Positions 1-9,460 of a stretch of 64,000 bases of DNA are shown piece by piece. Origin of the DNA: Acidobacteriota bacterium (lineage in GTDB: Bacteria > Acidobacteriota > Vicinamibacteria > Vicinamibacterales > UBA2999). The stretch lies in the NCBI GenBank assembly GCA_046727855.1, contig JBKPDL010000026.1, positions 2,343 through 66,342 of the forward strand, given 5' to 3'. The notes beneath the pieces were generated by a model. It was not told where the DNA came from. It was given only the letters and a program-made list of their open reading frames with translations, and did not search any database. Within the stretch, counting starts at the first letter, position 1, and each line of letters starts with the position of its first letter. A program made the translations under genes and the position numbers.

Positions 1-138
1 GGCGCACATCGAGCTTGGCGCCCGCCGCGGGCATCGGCGGAGCGGGTGCGGGCGCGGCGTCGGTGGTCGCCATGGCCGACGGTTCGCCCCAAACTGCCGG
101 TGTTGCTGCCTCGACGCGCACCGATTCGCGCGCCGCTT

Positions 139-413
139 CTAGAGCGACTCCCGGCGGATCGAGAGCAGTACCGCGGTCGCCGTAACGACGGCAAGAAGCG
201 CAAAAGCGGCGCCCGCGGGAATGAGTTGCCAGAGCGCGTATGCCGAGAAGAATGTGGAGAACAGAATTGCAATGGCTCGGTTTGCCGCTGCAGAAGACTA
301 GAGGTTTCATCCAGCCGGGCGCGAAGACGCCTGATCGAAACCCAGAAAGCGATCGGAAGGACAAAAGGAAGCGCAATAAGGCTCAGGCCGATGAGGATCC
401 CAAGTGCTTCCAT
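139..413 (-). pseudogene. possible disrupted small membrane-protein gene (two hydrophobic segments in different frames)
   Basis: ATG at 413 (minus) reads MEALGILIGLSLIALPFVLPIAFWVSIRRLRARLDETSSLLQRQ and then becomes Arg/Ser-rich with no stop before the window edge. The neighbouring frame reads AILFSTFFSAYALWQLIPAGAAFALLAVVTATAVLLSIRRESL* (TAG 139-141). That frame has GC-rich third positions but no start codon. The ORF is not in the ORF track. Confidence 0.2.
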
Positions 414-1015
414 CGTCCGCGGCTCATTGTATCCCGGCCGTCCGCGGAGTCACCTGCTGCCGAATGCCCGCTCTCGCATGTTTCTTCACCGAACACTTCT
501 GCCTCGAAACGCAGAATCGTGGCGCCGTTCTGCCATGCGTTGCCCGGCAAGCCGGCCTTCAGGCAAGTGTGCGACAGAAACGTGACGAGGTCCCAACCGT
601 GTTCGGGCGCCACCTGCGGGAGCAGCAAACCTTTGCGCGCGCCGTGTTCGACGATCAAACCGTGACGGCCGATCTCTATCGACGCATGATCGGTCACCCG
701 CTCCGGCGGAGCGAGCAACGACAGATCGATTGTGGTCGCAACGAGCTCGTGTTCGGTGAGCGGGGCGAATCGATGATCCTCGTGCGCGACCGCGCCGGCA
801 AGGCGTGCAATCGATTCGACGATGCGGCCGAGACAGTCAAGTGATCCGAGGCACCCGCGCAGATCGCCGCGATGATGGATCGTAACGAACACACCAAACG
901 CGTTCACGATCAGATCCCGAGGCAATGCCGGGGCCGGCTCGCGTTTGATTTGCGCGTACAGTGCGCTTCTGGCGAGGGCGAGCAGCCGCTGTCGCGTCGG
1001 GAGTGCAAGCGGCAT
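383..1015 (-). CDS. AMMECR1 domain protein (AmmeMemoRadiSam system protein A-like)
   Basis: 210-aa ORF. The core GVFVTIHHRGDLRGCLGS ... HGLIVEHGARKGLLLPQV is the characteristic AMMECR1 fold signature. The C-terminal roughly 30 aa look like a non-conserved tail. Confidence 0.85.
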   Translation of the reverse strand: MPLALPTRQRLLALARSALYAQIKREPAPALPRDLIVNAFGVFVTIHHRGDLRGCLGSLDCLGRIVESIARLAGAVAHEDHRFAPLTEHELVATTIDLSLLAPPERVTDHASIEIGRHGLIVEHGARKGLLLPQVAPEHGWDLVTFLSHTCLKAGLPGNAWQNGATILRFEAEVFGEETCESGHSAAGDSADGRDTMSRGRWKHLGSSSA

Positions 1016-1194
1016 TAGACCGTTATCCGGCTCCTTGCGTGAATTATGTACTCGTTTCGCCGCATGCGAGGAAGCAGTCGGTTGACGGTCTCGGGCGCGC
1101 GGAGCGCACCGAAACCGGCATCCAGACCTAGTGCCCGAGGACGCTGCCCTTCACGGTGTCGCAGTAAACCGCGTATCAGTGTCGGCGCCATCGG

Positions 1195-2028
1195 CTAGTT
1201 CTTCCATATCGCGGCGGCGAGATATCCGACGACTGCGCTCTTGTCGCCGGAGACGTCGCCCGAATCGGCGTAGCAAACGACCTGACTGGTGGTCGCGCCC
1301 AAGGCCTTCGCGGCGCGCAGCACGGTGACGATCGGTCCTCCGCCACACGCGTGATCGGGACGCCGTTCGAGTGTCGTCATCAGCCCATCTGTGTCGAAGC
1401 GATCAATCTTTTCAATGACGGTAGTGTCGAGATCGTGAGCAGTCACGGCATCATGGTAATGCGACAGATCGCTGCTGGCCACGAGCAACGCGTGCCGCTC
1501 CTGCAACACAACCGACAGGGCATCGGCCAGCGCAAACGCGGTTTGGCGGCGCTGATGTCCCATCACGAGCGGAAGGATCGGCACGTCAGCGGCAAGCGAC
1601 GCGAGAAACGGCATCTGCATCTCGAGCGAATGCTCACGGGCGTGAGCCTCCGGCCGCACAGAAACGCACGCGCATCGCTCGATCAAATCGTTGGCGAGGA
1701 TGGCGTCGACCTGCAGCTCGCCAAACGGCGTTTCAAACGCACCCGCCGGCCACACGGAAACGCCTTCGAACGGAACAAAGTGTGAGGGACCGACGAGCAC
1801 CACGATGTCGAACTTCCGGCTGCGGAGCAGTCGATATGCGTGCGCGGCAACCGGGCCTGAATACATCAGTCCGGCATGCGGCGCGATAAGACCAACCAGC
1901 TCCGCGTCTCGACGTGGTTCGGAGGATGCAGCATCATCGGCTCGTCGAAGATGGCCGTCGATTGCCGCCTGAAGCTTCGCCGGCGCCGACGGATACCAGG
2001 TGCCGGCCACGGCTGCCCTGCGCAGCAT
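1195..2028 (-). CDS. Memo-like protein (AmmeMemoRadiSam system protein B-like)
   Basis: 277-aa ORF. N-terminus RRAAVAGTWYP and IAPHAGLMYSGPVAAHAY match the MEMO1/dioxygenase-like family. The start is 13 bp downstream of the TolC stop. Confidence 0.85.
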   Translation of the reverse strand: MLRRAAVAGTWYPSAPAKLQAAIDGHLRRADDAASSEPRRDAELVGLIAPHAGLMYSGPVAAHAYRLLRSRKFDIVVLVGPSHFVPFEGVSVWPAGAFETPFGELQVDAILANDLIERCACVSVRPEAHAREHSLEMQMPFLASLAADVPILPLVMGHQRRQTAFALADALSVVLQERHALLVASSDLSHYHDAVTAHDLDTTVIEKIDRFDTDGLMTTLERRPDHACGGGPIVTVLRAAKALGATTSQVVCYADSGDVSGDKSAVVGYLAAAIWKN

Positions 2029-2040
2029 GGCGCCAGTGTA

Positions 2041-3309
2041 CTACTGTGGGAAGCGGCCGAGCGCGACGAGTAAGTCGAGGTGCGACTGGCGCACGCGGTC
2101 GCCGGCGATTTCGGCCAAGATATCGGCGTCACGCGCCCGCCGTTGCGCATCGACGAGCTCGAGGTTGGTCGTGCCGCCGGCGCGAAAGGCAAGGGTCGTG
2201 ATGTTGAGAACGTCCGCCGCGTGCTGCGCAGCCAAGCGTGCGTGCTCGAGCGCCCGCTCGGTGCTTTCGACGGACGTCCGTGCCGTGCGCACTTCGGAGC
2301 GAGCGCGCAACTCGAGATCGGTGAGCTGAACGCGGGCGGTCTCACGCAATGCCGCACGGTCCCGTGCCGTCGCGCGGCGGGAACCGGCGTCGACAATCGG
2401 TATGGAGAATGCGACGTAGCCGCGCCATGTGCGCGAGGGCTGAAACAATCCGGACGGCGCAAGGAGCGCCGGTTCGAACGCCGCGGTCGCGTTCGGCACC
2501 CAGTCTTTCCAGCTGTCGCGGTAAACACGATCTGCCGCACGAAATTGTGCCGAAAACAAACGGATATCCGTTCGGTCGGCCAGCGCGGCATCCTCCGTGA
2601 TGTCGGCGGGGACTGCAAAGACCGGCTCGGCCGCCGCATCGATCGGACCGTTCGCCGCGAGCAATACCCCCAGCGCTTCCTGGGCGCGCTGCGCCGCGAG
2701 CCGCGCGGCTTCGAGCAACACTTCGTCGGATGCAAGTTCCTGCGCGGCACGTAGTTCGTTGAGCTTGCTGCCGGCGCCGGCTTCGAGACGCGCGCGTGCG
2801 TCATCGACATGCGCCTGTGCGTTCTCGCGCGCGCGAAGGTTGACCTCAACCTGCCGCTGCGCCGCGATTATCGCGAGATAGGCCTGCGCGGTCGAGACCG
2901 CGATCTGGCGGCGAACTTCCGAGGCATTGAGCCGCGCCACTCCAACCTGATCCTCCGCTTGAGTGCGCGCTGCCCAGCGCGACGCGGCCAGCACCGGATA
3001 CGATGCCGTGGTCACCATGACCGACTGGACTTGCGGCTGCGTCACGAGACCGTTGAATCCCCGTTCTCTGTCGAGAATGTTTGTCGTCAACTCGCCACTG
3101 ACAGTCGGACGATAAACGGTTTGCGCGTCGAGCAGGAACGCCTGCGCGCGCAAGATCGCCTGCGCCGCTTCCGCAATCCCCGGGTTTTTCTCGAGCGCCG
3201 TCGTGATCGCTTCCTCGAACGTTACTTTGGGCGCATCGACAACGGGCTGAGCCCCGGCGGTCGTCGCAACAACGCTGACAGCGGCAAACGTAAGCGCCAC
3301 ACTACGCAT
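2041..3309 (-). CDS. TolC-family outer membrane efflux protein
   Basis: 422 aa with signal peptide MRSVALTFAAVSVVATTAGAQ and two long Ala/Leu/Arg-rich coiled repeats. It overlaps the RND pump stop by 8 bp. Confidence 0.85.
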   Translation of the reverse strand: MRSVALTFAAVSVVATTAGAQPVVDAPKVTFEEAITTALEKNPGIAEAAQAILRAQAFLLDAQTVYRPTVSGELTTNILDRERGFNGLVTQPQVQSVMVTTASYPVLAASRWAARTQAEDQVGVARLNASEVRRQIAVSTAQAYLAIIAAQRQVEVNLRARENAQAHVDDARARLEAGAGSKLNELRAAQELASDEVLLEAARLAAQRAQEALGVLLAANGPIDAAAEPVFAVPADITEDAALADRTDIRLFSAQFRAADRVYRDSWKDWVPNATAAFEPALLAPSGLFQPSRTWRGYVAFSIPIVDAGSRRATARDRAALRETARVQLTDLELRARSEVRTARTSVESTERALEHARLAAQHAADVLNITTLAFRAGGTTNLELVDAQRRARDADILAEIAGDRVRQSHLDLLVALGRFPQ

Positions 3310-6300
3310 GCGCCCCGCCTTCGGCCGGAACGTCGGTGGCGTGCATCTCGTGACGAGTTCGCCCTGGCACCAGCGTTCTGATCAACACGTACAACACCGG
3401 AATGAACACAATCGACAGGAAGGTCGAGGCAACCATTCCTCCGGCTACGGCGGTGCCAACAGAACGTCGCGCCCCAGCACCGGCTCCCGTCGCAAACGCC
3501 AGTGGCAGCACGCCGAGAATGAACGCAAACGATGTCATGAGAATCGGGCGCAAGCGAATGCGCGCCGCTTCGACCGCCGCATCGATGATCGAGAGGCCTC
3601 GGTCGCGCAGCTGCTCGGCGAACTCCACGATCAAGATCGAGTTCTTCGCCGCCAGTCCGATCAGCATCACCAGACCGACCTGGCAGAACACGTCGTTCGA
3701 GAAGCCGCGCAGCAGTTGCGCACTGAGCGCACCGAACACGGCAAGCGGCACGCCGAGCAGGATGATGAGCGGCAGCACCCAGCTTTCGTACTGCGCGGCC
3801 AGCACAAGATAGACGACGAAGATGCTCAGCGCGAAGAGGAATCCTGCCTGCGCGCCCGCTTCCTTTTCCTCGAGCGATTGCCCGGACCACGCAAAGTCGA
3901 ATCCCGCCGGCAGTGTTTCACGCGCCAGCGTCTCCATGTATTCCAATGCCTGGCCGGAGCTGACACCCGGCACCGCGGCACCGGTGATAGTGGCGGCGCG
4001 AAACGTGTTGAAGTGGCTGAGGACCTGCGGCGCCGTCGTTTCCCTCATGCGAACGACGGTATCGAGCGGCACCATCTGCCCGGTCTGCGAGCGGGCATAG
4101 AGCTGCCTGAGGTCCGAAGGGTCGGCGCGATACGCCTGATCCGCCTGCACGTAGACACGATACGAGCGGTTGTTCAAGTCGAAGTCGTTCACGTACTGCG
4201 ACCCGAGAAACACCTGGAGCGCGTCCGTCACTTCGCGCATCGGCAGGCCAAGCGTGCGCGCGCGATCGCGATCGATATCAACCACGAGCTGCGGATCGTC
4301 GGCGCGAAAGCTGCTGAAAAGCCCTGCGACGCGGCCGCTCTGATTGCCTTTTGCGACGAGCGCATTGACCGTGTCGGCAAGCCGATTGACGTCACCGCCC
4401 GACTTGTCTTGCACTTCGAGCGAGAAGCCGCCGAACAGCGACAACCCCTGAATGGCAGGCGGCGCAAACGGCACCACCATGCCGCCTGTAATGCCGAACA
4501 ACGGACCGCGAATCCGGTTGAGCACCGCCTGCAAATGCTGATCAGGATCCTTTCGCTCATTCCAATCGCGCAGCGCCGCGAAGATCATTCCGCTGTTGGA
4601 AGCCGATCCGGTGAAGCTGAAACCGGCAACGGAGAAGACCCCGCGGATTTCCGCTTGCGCGCTGAGCACCTTTTCCGCTTCCCTCGCGATGTTGGTCGTG
4701 TATTCCAGCGACGCACCTGACGGCGCCTGCACGAGCGCCATGATGTAGCCTTCGTCTTCGTCAGGAACGAAGGACGACGGCACGGCGCGGAGGACCGCCC
4801 ACGTCGCCCCCAAGCCGAGCACGAAGACGGCGAGCATCGCGAGCCGCCACTGCAGCGCTCGTCCAACGACGCGGCTGTAAAGCCGTGTGCCGCCGTCGAT
4901 CACGCGATTGACGCGCGTGAAGAACCATCCAGACCCAGCCTCGTGCTTGCCGAGAAGCAGCGCAGACAACGTGGGCGTGAACGTCACCGCGTTGAATACC
5001 GACAAAACAACCGCAAAGGCGATGGTCAACGAAAACTGTTGATAGAGGCGGCCTGTCGTGCCCGGGAAGAAGGCAATCGGGACGAATACCGCCACCAGCA
5101 CGATGCCAATCACCACGACGGCGCTGAAGACTTCCTTCATCGCGTCGTGCGCGGCTTGTCGCGCCGGTTTCCCATACTGGCGCATGTGCCGCTCGATATT
5201 CTCGATGACGACAATCGCGTCGTCGACGACGATGCCCGTGGCAAGAACGAGGCCGAAGAGCGTCAGCGTATTGATCGAAAAGCCAAACAGCTTGACGAAC
5301 GCCAGCGTGCCGATCAGCGACACCGGAATCGTGACAGCCGGAATGAGCGTGGAGCGCCAATTCTGCAGAAACACGAACATCACGAGCACCACGAGGCCAA
5401 TCGCTTCCGCCAGCGTTTTCAACACTTCGATGATCGATTCACGAACCACGCTGACGTTGTCGAACGCCAGGCTCCACTCCATGCCCGGCGGGAAGTTGCG
5501 CCCGAGCCGCTCCATTTCGGCCATGACGCCCTGAAACGTCTGGAGCGCGTTGGCTTGCGGCAGGAGCTGAATGCCGAACCCGGTAGTGTTCGCGCCGAGA
5601 TAACGGAGATTGGCGGAGTAGGTTTCGGCGCCAAGCTCCACGCGTCCGACGTCACGCACGCGCACCAGCGCGCCATCGCGGCCGGCTTTGATCACCACGT
5701 CCTCGAACTCGCGCGGTTCCGTCAATCGGCCCATCGCGCGGACACTGATTTGGTACATCTGGTCCACCGGTGCCGGAGCATCGCCAAGTGCGCCTGCGGC
5801 GACCTGCAGGTTCTGCTCGCGCAGCGCGTCGACGACGTCTCCGGCGCTAACCGCGCGGGCCGCGAGCCGCGCCGGATCGAGCCACAGGCGCATCGCGAAC
5901 TTGCGTTCTCCGAAGATGAACACGCCGCCGACACCCTTGACCCGCTGCAATGAATCCTTGACATACAGATCGACGTAATTGCTGAGAAATTGCTCGGAGT
6001 AGCGGTTGTCCGGCGAGTAGACGCCGATCGCTCCGAGAAAGCCGGCCGTGTTCTTGACCACCGTGATGCCGGTCGTCCGCACGTCCGTCGGCATGCGCCC
6101 GAGCGCCTGATTGACGCGATTCTGCACCTCGACCGCCGCCATGTCGGGATCGCGGCCGACGTCGAAGAACACGGTTATGGAGCAACTGCCGCTGTTCGTG
6201 CTTTGCGACTGCATGTAGGTCATGCCCTCGACGCCGTTGATCGCCTGTTCAAGCGGAGTCGTCACCGCGGTCTCCACCGCCTGCGCGTTGGCGCCGGTGT

Positions 6301-6448
6301 AGAACGCGTTGACCGACACCGAGGGCGGCGCGAGTTGCGGGTAGCGCTCAATCGGAAGCGAGGGAATGGCAATCGCCCCAGCGAGGATGATCAACAGCGA
6401 ACAGACCGTCGCCAGAATCGGCCGCCGAATAAAGGTGTCGCTAAACAT
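3302..6448 (-). CDS. RND multidrug efflux permease (AcrB/HAE1 family)
   Basis: 1048 aa. N-terminus MFSDTFIRRPILATV, 12-TM architecture with two large periplasmic loops, and the conserved VVDDAIVVIENIERH motif. Confidence 0.95.
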   Translation of the reverse strand: MFSDTFIRRPILATVCSLLIILAGAIAIPSLPIERYPQLAPPSVSVNAFYTGANAQAVETAVTTPLEQAINGVEGMTYMQSQSTNSGSCSITVFFDVGRDPDMAAVEVQNRVNQALGRMPTDVRTTGITVVKNTAGFLGAIGVYSPDNRYSEQFLSNYVDLYVKDSLQRVKGVGGVFIFGERKFAMRLWLDPARLAARAVSAGDVVDALREQNLQVAAGALGDAPAPVDQMYQISVRAMGRLTEPREFEDVVIKAGRDGALVRVRDVGRVELGAETYSANLRYLGANTTGFGIQLLPQANALQTFQGVMAEMERLGRNFPPGMEWSLAFDNVSVVRESIIEVLKTLAEAIGLVVLVMFVFLQNWRSTLIPAVTIPVSLIGTLAFVKLFGFSINTLTLFGLVLATGIVVDDAIVVIENIERHMRQYGKPARQAAHDAMKEVFSAVVVIGIVLVAVFVPIAFFPGTTGRLYQQFSLTIAFAVVLSVFNAVTFTPTLSALLLGKHEAGSGWFFTRVNRVIDGGTRLYSRVVGRALQWRLAMLAVFVLGLGATWAVLRAVPSSFVPDEDEGYIMALVQAPSGASLEYTTNIAREAEKVLSAQAEIRGVFSVAGFSFTGSASNSGMIFAALRDWNERKDPDQHLQAVLNRIRGPLFGITGGMVVPFAPPAIQGLSLFGGFSLEVQDKSGGDVNRLADTVNALVAKGNQSGRVAGLFSSFRADDPQLVVDIDRDRARTLGLPMREVTDALQVFLGSQYVNDFDLNNRSYRVYVQADQAYRADPSDLRQLYARSQTGQMVPLDTVVRMRETTAPQVLSHFNTFRAATITGAAVPGVSSGQALEYMETLARETLPAGFDFAWSGQSLEEKEAGAQAGFLFALSIFVVYLVLAAQYESWVLPLIILLGVPLAVFGALSAQLLRGFSNDVFCQVGLVMLIGLAAKNSILIVEFAEQLRDRGLSIIDAAVEAARIRLRPILMTSFAFILGVLPLAFATGAGAGARRSVGTAVAGGMVASTFLSIVFIPVLYVLIRTLVPGRTRHEMHATDVPAEGGAHA

Positions 6449-7563
6449 CAGCGTGCCTCCGTCGCGTGAACGGGCGCACCGTCGCCGATCTTCTGCACGC
6501 CCGACACGACAAGCTTGTCGCCTTCTTTGAGTCCGCCGAGCAGCATGTAGTCGTTGCCAATGATCTGCCCCAACTGCACGGCTCGCTGCCGTGCCACTGT
6601 CTGGCCACCCTCACCGGCTTCGACGACGTACACAAAATGCTGCGCGTTGATCCGTGTGACGGCGACGAGCGGAACGGTGAGGCTTGGCTCGGCCGTCCAA
6701 ACCAGGTGCACACGAACGAACTGGTCGCTGCGAAGCGGAAGGCCGGTCTTGACTGGCGCCTTCACCAGCACCGATTGCATCGTCGGATCGACGCTCGATG
6801 AGACGAAGTTCACCTGCGTGGTGTCAATCACACCACCGCCGTCGTCCACGATGCGCACCAGCAGCCCGGGCTTGAGCCCTGGCCCCTGCTGCACCGGTAC
6901 GTTGATATACAGCTCGAGTCCGGCATTCTCGTCGATCGTGGTGAGCACTGTCGCCGGCGTTGCGCGATCGCCGACGCGCACCGGCACGTCGCCGACAATG
7001 CCCGCTGTCGGGGCGGTGACGTTGTGATAGCCAAGCTGCACGCGCTGCTCGCGGATTTGCGCCTCTACGGCGCGCAACTGCGCCTCCGTCGTTTGCACTG
7101 CGGTCGCGGCTTGCTCGTACTCCTGCTCGCTCACCGCGCCGGCGTCATAGAGCTTCTTCATGCGCTCAGCCTGTTGTCGGGCAAACTGCACATCGGCGCC
7201 GCGGGCGGCGCGCACCGATTCGAGGCCCGCGACCGTCGCTTCCTGTCCGGCCGAATCGATGCGCATCAGCACCGCACCGGCTTTCACGCGCTGGCCGGAG
7301 CGGACGCTGATGCGCGTAATGAACCCGTCGACTTGCGGCTGAATGGTCGTCGAGCGCCGCGATTTGACCGTCGCGATGAATTCACTGGTGCGCTCAACCG
7401 GTTTCGGCGTGAGCGTCCGCACCTCGACACCCATCGGCGGCATGCCACCGCCGGGCGGCCCCCCGCCGGGACCACCGGCCGCCGCGTCGCCACGGCTGCA
7501 GGCCGTCCCAAGCGTGAATGCGTAGAGGATTAGTGTCACCGCGCCAAAGGAATGAAGCTTCAT
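6448..7563 (-). CDS. RND efflux periplasmic adaptor (membrane fusion protein), lipoprotein
   Basis: The ORF track starts at 7638. The internal ATG at 7563 gives MKLHSFGAVTLILYAFTLGTACS (lipobox). Coiled-coil hairpin and beta-barrel regions are typical of HlyD_D23/MFP proteins. The stop overlaps the RND start. Confidence 0.88.
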   Translation of the reverse strand: MKLHSFGAVTLILYAFTLGTACSRGDAAAGGPGGGPPGGGMPPMGVEVRTLTPKPVERTSEFIATVKSRRSTTIQPQVDGFITRISVRSGQRVKAGAVLMRIDSAGQEATVAGLESVRAARGADVQFARQQAERMKKLYDAGAVSEQEYEQAATAVQTTEAQLRAVEAQIREQRVQLGYHNVTAPTAGIVGDVPVRVGDRATPATVLTTIDENAGLELYINVPVQQGPGLKPGLLVRIVDDGGGVIDTTQVNFVSSSVDPTMQSVLVKAPVKTGLPLRSDQFVRVHLVWTAEPSLTVPLVAVTRINAQHFVYVVEAGEGGQTVARQRAVQLGQIIGNDYMLLGGLKEGDKLVVSGVQKIGDGAPVHATEAR

Positions 7564-7654
7564 GGGGATACCAGGGAGTCCGAAACTCCTACTATACCGA
7601 CCCTTCAACGTTGAGCCCCGTGATCTGTGCGCGAACAAAGCGGTTGTTGCAAAG

Positions 7655-7669
7655 GCGTTACGTTAACGC
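7655..7669. promoter_or_regulatory. candidate operator palindrome GCGTTA-CGT-TAACGC in the efflux/YafY divergent spacer
   Basis: Perfect 6-bp inverted repeat with a 3-nt spacer, read directly from the sequence. It is followed by AT-rich GATATATG and CATAAT (7691-7696), 8 nt before the GTG of the regulator gene. Confidence 0.3.
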
Positions 7670-7704
7670 GCGATATATGCCAGCCTATGTCATAATTCGC
7701 CGCC

Positions 7705-8790
7705 GTGCGTGCGGATCGTCTGCTTTCGGTGCTGCTGCTTCTGCAAGCCAACGGCAAACAAACCGGACGCGAGCTCGCGACCCGGCTCGAGGTGTCGGAA
7801 CGCACGGTGCACCGCGACATGGAAGCATTGAGCGCCGCCGGCGTGCCTGTGTTCGCGGTGCGCGGCACGCGCGGCGGCTGGCAACTCGAAGATACCTGGC
7901 GCACGCAGGTGCCGGGCCTCGACGAGGCTGAGTTGCGCGCGCTCCTGATGGCGCAGCCGCGCGTGATCGGCGACGCCCGGTTGGCTGCGGCCGCCGAACG
8001 CGCCATCAACAAGCTGATGGCCGCGCTTCCAGTTTCGATGCGCGCGCGCGCCACGGAGATACGGCAGCGGCTGTACGTAGACACGACTGGTTGGTGGGGC
8101 GGGACGGAAAACCTCGAGGCGCTGCCTGTCGTCCAGGAAGCTGTGACCCACGACCGAAAGCTCACGATGAAGTACCGCGCGGCCGCTCGACACACCGACG
8201 CTCGCTCGGGACAGGCCGCACGCGAGCTCGTTGATCGCACGGTCGATCCACTGGGGATGGTTGCGAAGGGCGCCAACTGGTACCTCGTCGCGAACACCCC
8301 TGCCGGATTTCGCACATACCGCGTGTCGCGGATCGAACAGGCCGTGATACTCGATGAGCCTTCGACACGCCCACCGGATTTCGATCTCGCCGCGTACTGG
8401 ATATCGTCCACGGCGGAATTTCTGGAGACGCGCCAGCGTTATCACGCCACGCTCCGTCTCGCGCCGGACGCGGCGGAGAGGATGAAATCGTGGCGACTGT
8501 GTTCGCCGGTCAACGCCGAAGACGCTCCCGATGCGAACGGCTGGGTCGCTATCCATGCGCAGTTCGAGGACGAAGAGCAGGCGCTTTTCATCGTCCTGGG
8601 ATTCGGCTCCCGCGCTCGGGTCATCGAACCTGAAACGCTTCGCGCCCGCGTCCAGGCCGAGTTCGCCGCGATGTCTGACGTCATAACGGCCACCCGAAGT
8701 TCTCGCGCAGCCGATCCCGAAAGCGCCGGCTCAAGCGGAGTTCCAGTCCGGACGCGAGAACGACACGCGCATCGCCTTTCCCGAGCTTGA
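7705..8790 (+). CDS. YafY-family transcriptional regulator (HTH + WYL domain)
   Basis: GTG start. N-terminus MRADRLLSVLLLLQANGKQTGRELATRLEVSERTVHRDMEAL is the DeoR-like HTH. The central region TVDPLGMVAKGANWYLVA..FRTYRVSRI is the WYL domain. The last roughly 36 aa form a low-complexity tail that overlaps the convergent LytTR gene. Confidence 0.8.
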   Translation: MRADRLLSVLLLLQANGKQTGRELATRLEVSERTVHRDMEALSAAGVPVFAVRGTRGGWQLEDTWRTQVPGLDEAELRALLMAQPRVIGDARLAAAAERAINKLMAALPVSMRARATEIRQRLYVDTTGWWGGTENLEALPVVQEAVTHDRKLTMKYRAAARHTDARSGQAARELVDRTVDPLGMVAKGANWYLVANTPAGFRTYRVSRIEQAVILDEPSTRPPDFDLAAYWISSTAEFLETRQRYHATLRLAPDAAERMKSWRLCSPVNAEDAPDANGWVAIHAQFEDEEQALFIVLGFGSRARVIEPETLRARVQAEFAAMSDVITATRSSRAADPESAGSSGVPVRTRERHAHRLSRA

Positions 8791-9460
8791 TCACCTCGCT
8801 GACCTTTGCGAGGTTCACCGCGTGTGAGCGATGGATCTGCGCAAACTTGCGCGCCGGCAGCCTGAGCATCACCGCCTGAATCGTCTGCCGCACCATGTAA
8901 TCCTTGCGGCCGGCATGCAGGATCACATACTGGTCGGATGCCTCGATCCAGTCGATGTCATCGACCGGCACGAACACGACCCGGTCGCCCATCGGCACTG
9001 GGAACCTCACGGCCGGCGCGGCTGCCGCTGCGGGCGCGCGGCGGCCAAGAAGATCAGAGAGTCGCCGCGCCCATTCGGCTGTTCGCCGCTCGGTAATTCG
9101 ACGCGCCGCACGATCAAACGCGGCGAAGAATCGCGCCCGATCGAAAGGCTTGAGGATGTAATCGATCGCGTCGGCCTCGAACGCCCGCAGTGCGTGCTCG
9201 TCGTGCGCGGTGATGAACATCGTCAGCGGCATCTGCTCAGCGCCAATCTCCGCGATCACCTCAAAGCCATCCAGGCCCGGCATTGCGATGTCGAGGAGGA
9301 CCAGGTCGGGCGAAGCACGCCGGATCGCGTCAACAGCTTCGCGGCCATTTCGGCATTCTTCGACAATCTCCACGTCATCGCGCTCGGAGAGCAGCACCCG
9401 CAGCGCCGCGCGCGCCGGCCCCTCGTCGTCGACGATCGCGACGCGCAGACGCTCAGCCAC
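8681..9460 (-). CDS. LytR/AlgR-family response regulator (REC + LytTR)
   Basis: An internal GTG at 9460 gives VAERLRVAIVDDEGPARAAL (receiver domain). It overlaps the kinase stop (GTGGCTGA). The C-terminus VVFVPVDDIDWIEASDQYVILH...IHRSHAVNL is the LytTR domain. Confidence 0.85.
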   Translation of the reverse strand: MAERLRVAIVDDEGPARAALRVLLSERDDVEIVEECRNGREAVDAIRRASPDLVLLDIAMPGLDGFEVIAEIGAEQMPLTMFITAHDEHALRAFEADAIDYILKPFDRARFFAAFDRAARRITERRTAEWARRLSDLLGRRAPAAAAAPAVRFPVPMGDRVVFVPVDDIDWIEASDQYVILHAGRKDYMVRQTIQAVMLRLPARKFAQIHRSHAVNLAKVSEVIKLGKGDARVVLASGLELRLSRRFRDRLRENFGWPL

